Below the pieces are notes generated by a model that was given only the letters and a program-made list of their open reading frames with translations, did no database searches and was not told the origin of the DNA. A stretch of 28,358 nt of DNA from a virus (lineage: Duplodnaviria; Caudoviricetes): positions 1 to 28,358 of IMG/VR virus record IMGVR_UViG_3300024235_000003. One strand, 5' to 3'. Shown piece by piece: positions 8,001 through 16,433 of this stretch. The position numbers and the translations under genes were made by a program. Within the stretch, counting starts at the first letter, position 1. Each line of letters opens with the position of its first letter.

Positions 8001-10693
8001 TCCGTGTATACATGTGTTGCATCTATAGACAAATCATTGTTGTCACTAGCACTAGTTATAGCATTGGTTAATGTTCGCGCCAATGGCTCTGTAGTAGAGT
8101 CACTTGTGACCCCATACTTGTATGTTGACGCGTCAATTCGTGTTACTTGATCCACTGACAATTGATGATCAGCGATGAATGTGACAGTTCTAGGTGTCTG
8201 GTTGTTGTCAGTTAATGTCAAGCTCAATCCGGAGGGTTGTATGACGTACCCACTCCCGGTAAGATCGATCTGTAAATCCTGTTCAGGTCTCACACCCCCA
8301 CCGGTGAGTGTGCTCAGGTCTATTTTTTTGTCTGATGTGTTGTTATGATCGAGCACCATCTCACGTAGCGTTTGGATGCCGGTAGATTTCAAGCTCACGT
8401 TCTGATCCCGCCCGGTGTTGACGGTTTGTACTTCTATATATTTAGTTATTCCTTGCACATCCGGTATGTTACCTTTGTATGTAGCAGGTATTGAATCTGT
8501 TGTGTCCCTATCGTATATTAACAAGGATGTTTTGGCTGGTCCGGAGGTCTCATGAGTCTCGTAACCGGCGGATGTGAATTGAGCGAATGTGTTGCTGGTG
8601 ACGCTGTTAGACACACGATCGCCAATGCTGGATATGTCTCCACCGGATATTATTTTCTCCAATGTTTGCGGGAGTGATATGTGCATCGCGTCCGGGCCTT
8701 CACCAGACAAACCATCAGAAAACACACCAAACACATAATTGTCCTGTATATCACACTGCAACGATCCGGGATTTTCAACACCACAAGTGTCATCTGTGAA
8801 CAACCCACCATATGACTGTGTGTCGAATGTCGGATCTGGCCGGAAGCCGTGATATGTTATGGGAGTATTTGGTATCAATTCTGTACGTTGCGGATTTGGG
8901 CCGTCGTAAAATGAATTATATGGCTCCAGTGCCTTGAACAGTGTGCCATCACTTTTGCGATAATATTTCTGTCTCCGGATGTCCGGGAATGGAAGCATTC
9001 TAGGAGCTTGCTCTACTTTTGGATCTTGCCCACCGGTCCTACCCCCATCATAATATTCAAAATTTACCGTCCTGTCAGCCCATTGCTTCATTCTAGGGCG
9101 GAGCGTGTCACCACCATCTATTGTGATACATTCAGTGTTTGGTTCAATCTCATCATCATCTATAGCAGATGCGAGCGGCTCGCGGATCGGTGACACTCGC
9201 TTCATCAATGCATATTCGTTGCCAAACATATCTGAACTCCACTCCACTGGTGTCTCGTCAGTTACATTTAGATATTTCTGTCGCTCATCTACTTTAAATA
9301 TATTATGTGCTTCTGATGGGAACACGTCCTCATTAGCCCATTCTTGATTTTTCTCTCCAGAGAAAAAACCTACTGGATCAATCCACCGGCTGACACCATA
9401 CTTTGATGTTTGCTTTACCTCTTCGTCAGATCTATAACCGAAAAATTTAGGAGAAGTCCGTACATTCGTTATATCTCCGTGTAGACGATCATTACTACTG
9501 TCAGCTTTGAACCACGTCACGTCAACATTTTGTTCTATCGGTATATGTTTACTTCCTGCGAACACACTAGGACCATATCTAGATGGATCCGGGATCGGTC
9601 CTGTATAATCAGTGTCAGTATCCACTAACGTAGGATTGTACCCATAATATGTTAGTATTCCTATATTTTCCGGGAGGTTCAATGAACCTAGATTGTATTT
9701 TGATTTATATAATTTAACCTTGTTGTTTGTTATCGCTGGTGCTGATCGATTGAAAATATTACGCCATGGTGCTTTGGCTGTTACCATAGGTGTAACCTCA
9801 CCTCCAGATAGAAACATTATGTCATTCCCCACTAAGCTTGGTATAAACTCAGCCAATTTTGTTAAATTTAAATTTTGTTGATCCTTAGTATAATTGTAAA
9901 AATTGCTATAATCTAACAGTGTTATGTCCGTTAAATCGGACTCACCATTACTAGCAGCAAGACTTATGCCTAGTTCAGATGATAACTCGAGTATCGGTAC
10001 ACAATCCATTAACAACTGCCTCACAGCAGCATCAACGTCTGTGAATATTTGTTGATCATATTCTATGGTGTTATCTCGTGGATCTACAGGTTCTACATCA
10101 TATAGTTCTGTTATGGTGGTGACAACAGAATCAACCTTGTTGTTTGTCATTGCTCCCGGGCTCTTGAGACCTCCTTTCTGCACTCTTTGCTGTCTGGAGA
10201 GTTTTGGCACTGTCACATTTATTAATTGCTTCAATCCTTGCTTGGTACCGGTGGTGGATTTTAGGTTTTTTTGATTGCGGATCGATTGCCTCTCATCGGC
10301 ATAAAATATTGACGTTTCTTTGAGTTTGCTCGCGAAAAAAGTTATCGCGGATTCAACATGCCGAGGGTTGTTGTAATCTAGATTTTGTAGAAATCGTTTT
10401 TGTTCATCTGTTGTGTAATTTACAGCTATATTTCTGAGTGCAGATTTATATTTGTTTATCACATATCTGGACTGGATCGCTTGCCGTTGTTTGGATTTCT
10501 GCTTCCAATTAAACAAATATTTACTATACTCCTTTGACATGTCTTGCCCGGGTTGTAGGTCCACATTCACGTTGTTGAGCCACTCGGTGTATGTCATCGG
10601 TATTTGAGAGTCAGTCGCCGATTCACTACTGTCACCATATAGCATGCTTGCTTTTGGTTCGAAATTCCGGGTTATGTTGAGATCTATTGACAT
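5060..10693 (-). CDS. Giant (1877 aa) virion structural protein, probably baseplate-associated, with repeated beta-rich insert modules
   Basis: Long ORF downstream of gp6 and the 1908-aa gene. Thr/Asp/Gly-rich, with repeated LxAxxxG...GNSLSSxxQL...GG modules. No enzyme motif recognised; function inferred from context. Confidence 0.6.
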   Translation of the reverse strand: MSIDLNITRNFEPKASMLYGDSSESATDSQIPMTYTEWLNNVNVDLQPGQDMSKEYSKYLFNWKQKSKQRQAIQSRYVINKYKSALRNIAVNYTTDEQKRFLQNLDYNNPRHVESAITFFASKLKETSIFYADERQSIRNQKNLKSTTGTKQGLKQLINVTVPKLSRQQRVQKGGLKSPGAMTNNKVDSVVTTITELYDVEPVDPRDNTIEYDQQIFTDVDAAVRQLLMDCVPILELSSELGISLAASNGESDLTDITLLDYSNFYNYTKDQQNLNLTKLAEFIPSLVGNDIMFLSGGEVTPMVTAKAPWRNIFNRSAPAITNNKVKLYKSKYNLGSLNLPENIGILTYYGYNPTLVDTDTDYTGPIPDPSRYGPSVFAGSKHIPIEQNVDVTWFKADSSNDRLHGDITNVRTSPKFFGYRSDEEVKQTSKYGVSRWIDPVGFFSGEKNQEWANEDVFPSEAHNIFKVDERQKYLNVTDETPVEWSSDMFGNEYALMKRVSPIREPLASAIDDDEIEPNTECITIDGGDTLRPRMKQWADRTVNFEYYDGGRTGGQDPKVEQAPRMLPFPDIRRQKYYRKSDGTLFKALEPYNSFYDGPNPQRTELIPNTPITYHGFRPDPTFDTQSYGGLFTDDTCGVENPGSLQCDIQDNYVFGVFSDGLSGEGPDAMHISLPQTLEKIISGGDISSIGDRVSNSVTSNTFAQFTSAGYETHETSGPAKTSLLIYDRDTTDSIPATYKGNIPDVQGITKYIEVQTVNTGRDQNVSLKSTGIQTLREMVLDHNNTSDKKIDLSTLTGGGVRPEQDLQIDLTGSGYVIQPSGLSLTLTDNNQTPRTVTFIADHQLSVDQVTRIDASTYKYGVTSDSTTEPLARTLTNAITSASDNNDLSIDATHVYTDDYREVVLLAQQLPGSSGNVTYTGTTITDNQAYIQPVIATTSTTLDGDGVVIGVDTTYIPTSHEFHGGFESVLTKDISIGLMALTPGEIGNSIELTTDMITEGNVYSRYYDVIPASYSKYDGTYTTSNNSTTTLGLTATKPGGVTYTIYGNSLSSVEQLLHTHEYTSTGDLTMVPRDDVVIRVTGGVTLPAVGIRSTEIGPIDIQLIGDGVSTLRQLVADKNLIITTLGEDYVVASGHEIIITGGRWPVLSELVGQWNSDNNTNRVTVTKGSTTSITSDMKLRLSGGVVTVNYTVPQDYNNEAFDTYCNEHYPEFNPDVGFTSYGNDDPEGEIILRGTLDGETFASNCADVRGEFEYNVDNTVPLFQDTLQISETQYADEEGLDIFTPLTSYQENHASIGRGLFRSYNSARIASVVELIDPLIRDYSLFKNSDYDNFRNELANNKIRSMQMYCDVQMIETEKHIFFMKINFDPKTASMLPPGHPIILTKTTQDDNVIETTIRPYYDTDKHIVLFGHTDTHETGVIYPRLYYVDLNTMLFKQAFPTPGNDISKFVLTGDLIGYQYVSIDRPLICFNEFTNLHSVTYSCKLVNDDDITLHGVCTSDFEIDANGMTLENVFMYHTNPVKIYTPPIDEWEEEMLTLDFELEPNQYWIPTPQQAKHSRYRGVFQLVDGYDGTTVDLSATDAGPEMYTLVGNSLSSLDQLISDLPVELVFGDGSQIMGEWDTVEIAGGQHARGDQDVHVTQSISGTIGRLLSSFELNFNLSTKNIPTDGTDHRVNRLIFDPGDGGDIQVNDRIIASGLEALSFDINDLPDQSDLYDPRRFGFTHKYTFDNSSNTTTTATLTAVYNTFKKLIYSINIETDNFTIDSGFEDVKLIDTQTIVTENNKHKQMFVLETQNPRYISYVTVDRKNYTNSNAVGYVDGEIYAGSFHTMSDGTMMTGESHTPISREISLTPELTTPLQIDSTVTTGDTPETIRSY

Positions 10694-10705
10694 TATTACA
10701 TTTAT

Positions 10706-13700
10706 TTAATCGTCACTATCACTTATGAACGTGTTGATCGAGTCAGTACCATCAAACAGTTGCAAGCCTTCTCGCAACGTCTTTTCAAACATGATATCCA
10801 TCACACCACCATCATCCACCCAATCACCGAACGCGCTAGTGTTGTATGAAACAGTGGTCCTACCATATGGAGTTTGTTTGAATTGTGTGGAATCCGCTCC
10901 GGCCGACCAATCAATTGCGTTGTTTATATATATTTGTTCTTTATTACCGTCTGATATATATTCATTTACTGTGTAGTATTGCCACACATTTCCATCTACA
11001 GGAAAACTGAGACCCCATCCGTATCTGCTCATGTTATCATATGATCCAGAGTTGATATCCAGTTCATATGATGTAATACCATCAAATTGTGTTGAATAGT
11101 GTGGTATGCCTGTTACTTCAGTTATTGAAATTTTTCCGCTTATCTTGGGATCATTCGCGCTTTGATAGTATAAATGCTCTGGTATTGGTCCATGTATCGG
11201 ATGATCGTCTGTTTTTATTATTATCTTACCGGATTCGATCGATTGATTGGATACAAAATTTTCAACAGGTTGTGCAGATGCTCCGGGGCTCGTGGTGATT
11301 ATCACCGGGTGACCGGGAGAGTTTATTGTGAATGTATACACTCTGTTTCGGAACAGATGTATTGTTGGATTTGGATTGATGGGTGTACCTATCAATGATA
11401 TTATCTCGGATCCATCATCTATAGTGAACATAGGGTGAGCGTATCTCATGGATGACATGTATTCAGGTGTGGTTGAGATTCGCATGTTCGGGTCGCTCAC
11501 TATAAAATTATCTCCGGAAAATTCAATACCATAATCCCTACCATCCTCAAAACTAACAACCATGGGGGTCACTAAATTATACGCACCAGTATGCTCCTCC
11601 CGGAAAACTAGCTTCTGATCTACGCTAATTTTTAATTTATTTAGTAGCTTTACTATAACTGGTAGTGTGTTGTAATGTGCTAGTTGTTCCTCTGGTGACA
11701 ACCCGCCATACACCTGTTTGATTCGATCTAAGTGTTGTGACCTTACCAGTCCATCCGGCCAGTGTCTCCAGTATTCTCCATGGTCCGTTCCAGGTTGAAC
11801 ACCCGCGGGTACACTCTGAATACTCTCGTAATACTCACCATCATTTAATACATAATCATTAGCACCGTATGTGTGGCTATCAATTGTGATTGTGATAGCA
11901 TTATCCCTGGACGTTGGTATGTATCCACCGCCTCTCAACACTATCACCTCTCCGGAAGCGACCTGCTTTTGAAACAGCTGCTCCACTGTTAATGTACCAC
12001 CTGGTGCTTGTACCGCTTTGATACTCTCACTCAAATTCCGGGTTGATATTATATGATAATTTTCATTCACATGCTCGCCAGTCATCCACTCCTTGATCAG
12101 TAACAGCTCTGCCCCTAAATTGGTACCAATTGTTTGTTGTTCCATATTACCCATCTTTTCAAAATCATGCTGGAAATTGGTTCTTGTGCCTCTGAGCTTA
12201 GTGAAATTGATGGATAACATATCCATCAATCTCCGGATTTCTGCAGGTTGGGAAGGTTGTTGTTGCATTAACCTATAATTCACCATTGATGCTAAACCGT
12301 GCAATGAGTCTATGGTACATGTGTCAATATCACTGTGATTTTGGATGTAATTGGCAATTCTCTCGTAAACTCTCTTGCCGATACTACTCACATCACTTGT
12401 ATCTGTACCGAATATCGAATTCATCATCTCTGTATATAATTTTGTACTCTCCATCAGGTTACTCTGCTTCATGTACGATCTCAATGTCCCGGCGAAGTCT
12501 TTATTTTCATTAACCTTGACTATCTCATGTGTTCCATGGCGTGGTAACAACTCAAACTCATCACTCGCTCCAGTGACACTGATAAAACCGGTTGTCTCGT
12601 CAGTCTCGACAACTCTAGTATCAAATTTGTTTATCCAGTTGTATCCGGTCCAGTCTCCATTCGCACAGATTATCGATTCAAAACCGGTAGCTGATACAGG
12701 ATTAGCACCATGAGCAGTGCGAAGCTTTACTTGCGGTTCAACAACTGTATCGTAATATCTATTATACGCGGAAAGCCTCTCAGCAGTGGTCCCAGTAAAG
12801 TTTGTGTTGTTGAAAAATACGAGCATTTGCTCTTCAGTCATGTAACTGGAGGGTGTTGAGTACAACATGAATGTGTCTTCATCGGCGAAATTATCACTGC
12901 TTATGGATGGTACCCAGTCAAACTCTTCGTACGGTATATCAGTACTTTCAATATTCACAAACGCACTCAAGACGAAAGTATCTGAATTCATGGCGTATAT
13001 TCTCTTATCAGCATTATTCACCACAAGTACATTGTTGGCGGTATCCATACCCAGTCCCTCTATAGCAGATCTTCGATTGGCATTATCCCGACGATCATAC
13101 AACTCTGCAGACAACGGGTGATACCTAGGATCATCATACGCTGACCCAACTGCAAGTGTGGTGTCAACATAGTCTTGTCTCACGTTGTATCTACTCACAA
13201 ACCGACTGCCCCATGAGAACCAAATATTGTTATTATTGTCTGGAACTACATATGTAGGGTTGTTTATCATATCGAAGCTATCATCCGGTCTAGTATCGGC
13301 TATCACAATTTTTACAGTGTCCAACACACATTTTATCTGTGGGTAATTTTTATCTATCAACAACATTCGCTTTGGTGTATCTTTTGTGATGGTGATGCTC
13401 AATACATCTGTGTCTCTACCAGATAAACCGTCTGTATCCAGGATGATATCACCAGCGTTAGAAAACTGTCTCACATCAGTACCATTAGATATATTGATCT
13501 GGCTTCTAGTAGCCTCTCTTAGTTCTAATTGATGTTGTCCTCCATTCCAATATTTGTTTTTAAATACATATGTGTTTCCTTCGTATAATGTGAGCGGGGG
13601 GTTGTGCATGAAGCTAAAGTCGTCTTCTAATACAAGTGCAGTCTCTACATATTTTTGCTGCTTGTAATCGAACTCTTGATCATATATAAAACTATACTCT

Positions 13701-16432
13701 ATAGTTTCGGAAACCGGTGGAGCCGGCAAGTTCATATCCTGATAAGTTGTGCCTCTCAATGAATCTACAACCAATCTCACGTTCAGTTGCTCATCAAACG
13801 ACATAACAGTTCCGGATAATGGCTGATCAATGATATTACCGGAATGATCAAGCCCGGTTGATTCTGTAACTGCCCATACATGATCATGCACATCTATACA
13901 CATAGATCCTGTAAAATATCGATCCTCTCCAAGGAATTCGAATTTACATAAACGCTCCCCGTTTGAGTTGTACCTTGCTATAAAGCTACATAATGGATTT
14001 GTGTACGTGACAACAATATCATCATTCCGGCAAGTCTCAACAACTCCAGGATTTAATATATTTTCACCATACTCCCCTGGCCGGCCAGTCACTTCATTTA
14101 TTGAGTATGTTGAGTCATATTGCCAGTGCCCGGACGGATTGGTGGTTCTAGAGTTTGCTAGGAAATTATGTTCTGCTGGTACAGCCGCGGCGATGATGCT
14201 GTTTGTATTACCGTCAATCTTCACTGTTGAAATTGTGTCGTATAAAGTCACCCAATAATCATTGTTACTATCTAGACTGATACTGCTTGGTGTGTAACCA
14301 TATGCATCAGGATCACCCGGGTAGTGTTTCTGTTGTTCTTCCGGTGGGAACAGATCATGTATATTGATTTCCGCACGGACATCCATGTTGCGTATGTATC
14401 TTATTATTTTGTCAGTATCCCCATCCACTGCATTAGCATTACCATCCACATCCACTGCCAGCCCATACATTCCACTGTTACCAGGTGTTCTTGTAATGAT
14501 TGGTGGTGTGTATTTTTGTGTGGATCCACTTTCACCATAGCTATACTCACGATAATATACTGGCTTGATTTGTTGTATCGTGTCATTTGATGGGTTTGTT
14601 ATATAGTAGTATAACACTTCTGTATTGAAATATAGTGGAGGGTCTACTAGTGTGTTCACGACCAGTTTGTATTTGTTATCCTTGTACACATCCCAATCTG
14701 CATCCAGATTCACAAATGACAGATATGACCCAGGTGTTTGAAATGATTCTGTAACATCAACAATATCCATGTTGATTGCATCTGTTGTTTTAAATTTTGA
14801 GGATGGTGAGATGTAACCGTAGTAACTAGCGCCCTTTTTAGTTTGCCATCTTCGTGCATGACCACCGGATTCGGGATCAGATTCATTATATATAAGATCT
14901 TTTGCCATTCCATTTGTAAGCGCGGCCTGTTGCTCTTCCACCAACTCACTAAACAGTATATTGACCGTTTTGACAGGTGTCTGCAATGGGGGGTAGTCTG
15001 CGACCCGGTTTAATTCGGTCAACAATATCACAACATATGAGTTGGATATATTCTCAGGATATATTGTACCCACATCCCATGTTTTAAAGTCTTCTGTCGA
15101 TTGAAATGGCTGTGTTATCCTTGTAAATGTTGTGTCAGATCCACTCAAATACATGTTTACGAACCCTTGTGATGTCACTATATCTGTGTATGTGTTTTCC
15201 GCGGAGAAGGACTGTGAGGTCGCGCTCCATCGAGAGCTTAACGGTACCAGGTCATCAGTGGTTAACAGGTATCCTTCATCACCCTCCATTCTCACTGTGA
15301 CCGCAAATGGAGAGTTTGCAAATTTCGAACCGGTGATTCCCATCTCGCTTATGCCATTGCTTGAAACATTCAATCTGGTTGGTAGATTAAATTTGACGCG
15401 TATTGGCATGCCCACTTTTTGTGTCTCATACATCTGAAAATAATTGCTTTTCAAAGATTCGTATTTTGACATGTCCTTGTCATTTGAAACTACTGAAAAT
15501 TTACTGGTATCAAAAGACGCAAAGGCGATTAAGTCCTTATCCTCCACAATCTCTGCCATTTGATTTTCAGTTGGCCTGGCGTTTGAATTTGCAAACGCGG
15601 CTGTGGCACTTCCGGTGCTTCCGGTGGCTTTGGCACTGGTGAGACGGTTGGCCATGTCATCAAGGTAGTGTACTACTTTGGTGCCACTAGTACCGGCGAA
15701 AAATGCAGTTGAATCTAATGCGGATGCCCGGGTGAGATTGTTGTTCTCTACTTTGACATATATATAGTCATTGTTGTCTGTCTGTACCCTCTCTACCGGC
15801 TCAGTACTCTGTGGTGTCTCGACAAAACGCCACCCAGGCACAAGATGTGTGTCAGCATTTGACCAATATTGCTCCGGTGTTACTGGACGGGAACGACTTC
15901 CCTGTGCATATAAATTTAAATAGTAGCCCCCATCACCTGATACAGACGACCAGCTCTGCCAGCTATTAGTTCTATATAATGTCAGTGGTTCTGATGGCCG
16001 GCCTGCTAAACACACTTCAGGTTTTCCACCTATCTCATCAGCTATAGCCTCAGTATACCACATGAGACTATCAGGAACGTAATTTAACACCTTGATTGTC
16101 TGACTTAATTTGTTTTTGTATGTTTGTCCGTTCTGATCGGTGAATATATTTGATATTTTGTACTCTCCAGGGAATTGATATTGTTTGGTGACGGTTACAC
16201 CCACTTGTGTTGTACCGTCCCCGAGATCCCATATTAAATTGTTGAGGCTTGGTCCTATATTTGTATTGTCAAGTGAGCTCAACACAGCTGTGAAAGTGAA
16301 TGGTGTTGGCTCTAGTGTATAGCCGGTTAGTGTTCGAGTACACATATCAGCATCACCCAATCCGTTTTCTGACCGGAATGGTGATACCAGTTCGGTTAAA
16401 CTAGTATATTTTATGTGTTCAAATGTGGCCAT
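10706..16432 (-). CDS. Giant (1908 aa) baseplate wedge gp7-position protein with PKD, beta-propeller-like, cupredoxin-like and CBM-like domains
   Basis: Directly follows gp6 (TGA-c-ATG). N-terminal PKD motif WDLGDGT..KQYQFPGEY; NHL/propeller-like blades (YGLAVDVDGN, SISLDSNNDYWVT, CIDVHDHVWAV, GLGMDTANNVLV); helical segment GKRVYERIANYIQNHSDIDTC..PAEIRRLMDMLSI resembling a wedge core. Confidence 0.6.
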   Translation of the reverse strand: MATFEHIKYTSLTELVSPFRSENGLGDADMCTRTLTGYTLEPTPFTFTAVLSSLDNTNIGPSLNNLIWDLGDGTTQVGVTVTKQYQFPGEYKISNIFTDQNGQTYKNKLSQTIKVLNYVPDSLMWYTEAIADEIGGKPEVCLAGRPSEPLTLYRTNSWQSWSSVSGDGGYYLNLYAQGSRSRPVTPEQYWSNADTHLVPGWRFVETPQSTEPVERVQTDNNDYIYVKVENNNLTRASALDSTAFFAGTSGTKVVHYLDDMANRLTSAKATGSTGSATAAFANSNARPTENQMAEIVEDKDLIAFASFDTSKFSVVSNDKDMSKYESLKSNYFQMYETQKVGMPIRVKFNLPTRLNVSSNGISEMGITGSKFANSPFAVTVRMEGDEGYLLTTDDLVPLSSRWSATSQSFSAENTYTDIVTSQGFVNMYLSGSDTTFTRITQPFQSTEDFKTWDVGTIYPENISNSYVVILLTELNRVADYPPLQTPVKTVNILFSELVEEQQAALTNGMAKDLIYNESDPESGGHARRWQTKKGASYYGYISPSSKFKTTDAINMDIVDVTESFQTPGSYLSFVNLDADWDVYKDNKYKLVVNTLVDPPLYFNTEVLYYYITNPSNDTIQQIKPVYYREYSYGESGSTQKYTPPIITRTPGNSGMYGLAVDVDGNANAVDGDTDKIIRYIRNMDVRAEINIHDLFPPEEQQKHYPGDPDAYGYTPSSISLDSNNDYWVTLYDTISTVKIDGNTNSIIAAAVPAEHNFLANSRTTNPSGHWQYDSTYSINEVTGRPGEYGENILNPGVVETCRNDDIVVTYTNPLCSFIARYNSNGERLCKFEFLGEDRYFTGSMCIDVHDHVWAVTESTGLDHSGNIIDQPLSGTVMSFDEQLNVRLVVDSLRGTTYQDMNLPAPPVSETIEYSFIYDQEFDYKQQKYVETALVLEDDFSFMHNPPLTLYEGNTYVFKNKYWNGGQHQLELREATRSQINISNGTDVRQFSNAGDIILDTDGLSGRDTDVLSITITKDTPKRMLLIDKNYPQIKCVLDTVKIVIADTRPDDSFDMINNPTYVVPDNNNNIWFSWGSRFVSRYNVRQDYVDTTLAVGSAYDDPRYHPLSAELYDRRDNANRRSAIEGLGMDTANNVLVVNNADKRIYAMNSDTFVLSAFVNIESTDIPYEEFDWVPSISSDNFADEDTFMLYSTPSSYMTEEQMLVFFNNTNFTGTTAERLSAYNRYYDTVVEPQVKLRTAHGANPVSATGFESIICANGDWTGYNWINKFDTRVVETDETTGFISVTGASDEFELLPRHGTHEIVKVNENKDFAGTLRSYMKQSNLMESTKLYTEMMNSIFGTDTSDVSSIGKRVYERIANYIQNHSDIDTCTIDSLHGLASMVNYRLMQQQPSQPAEIRRLMDMLSINFTKLRGTRTNFQHDFEKMGNMEQQTIGTNLGAELLLIKEWMTGEHVNENYHIISTRNLSESIKAVQAPGGTLTVEQLFQKQVASGEVIVLRGGGYIPTSRDNAITITIDSHTYGANDYVLNDGEYYESIQSVPAGVQPGTDHGEYWRHWPDGLVRSQHLDRIKQVYGGLSPEEQLAHYNTLPVIVKLLNKLKISVDQKLVFREEHTGAYNLVTPMVVSFEDGRDYGIEFSGDNFIVSDPNMRISTTPEYMSSMRYAHPMFTIDDGSEIISLIGTPINPNPTIHLFRNRVYTFTINSPGHPVIITTSPGASAQPVENFVSNQSIESGKIIIKTDDHPIHGPIPEHLYYQSANDPKISGKISITEVTGIPHYSTQFDGITSYELDINSGSYDNMSRYGWGLSFPVDGNVWQYYTVNEYISDGNKEQIYINNAIDWSAGADSTQFKQTPYGRTTVSYNTSAFGDWVDDGGVMDIMFEKTLREGLQLFDGTDSINTFISDSDD

Positions 16433-16433
16433 G

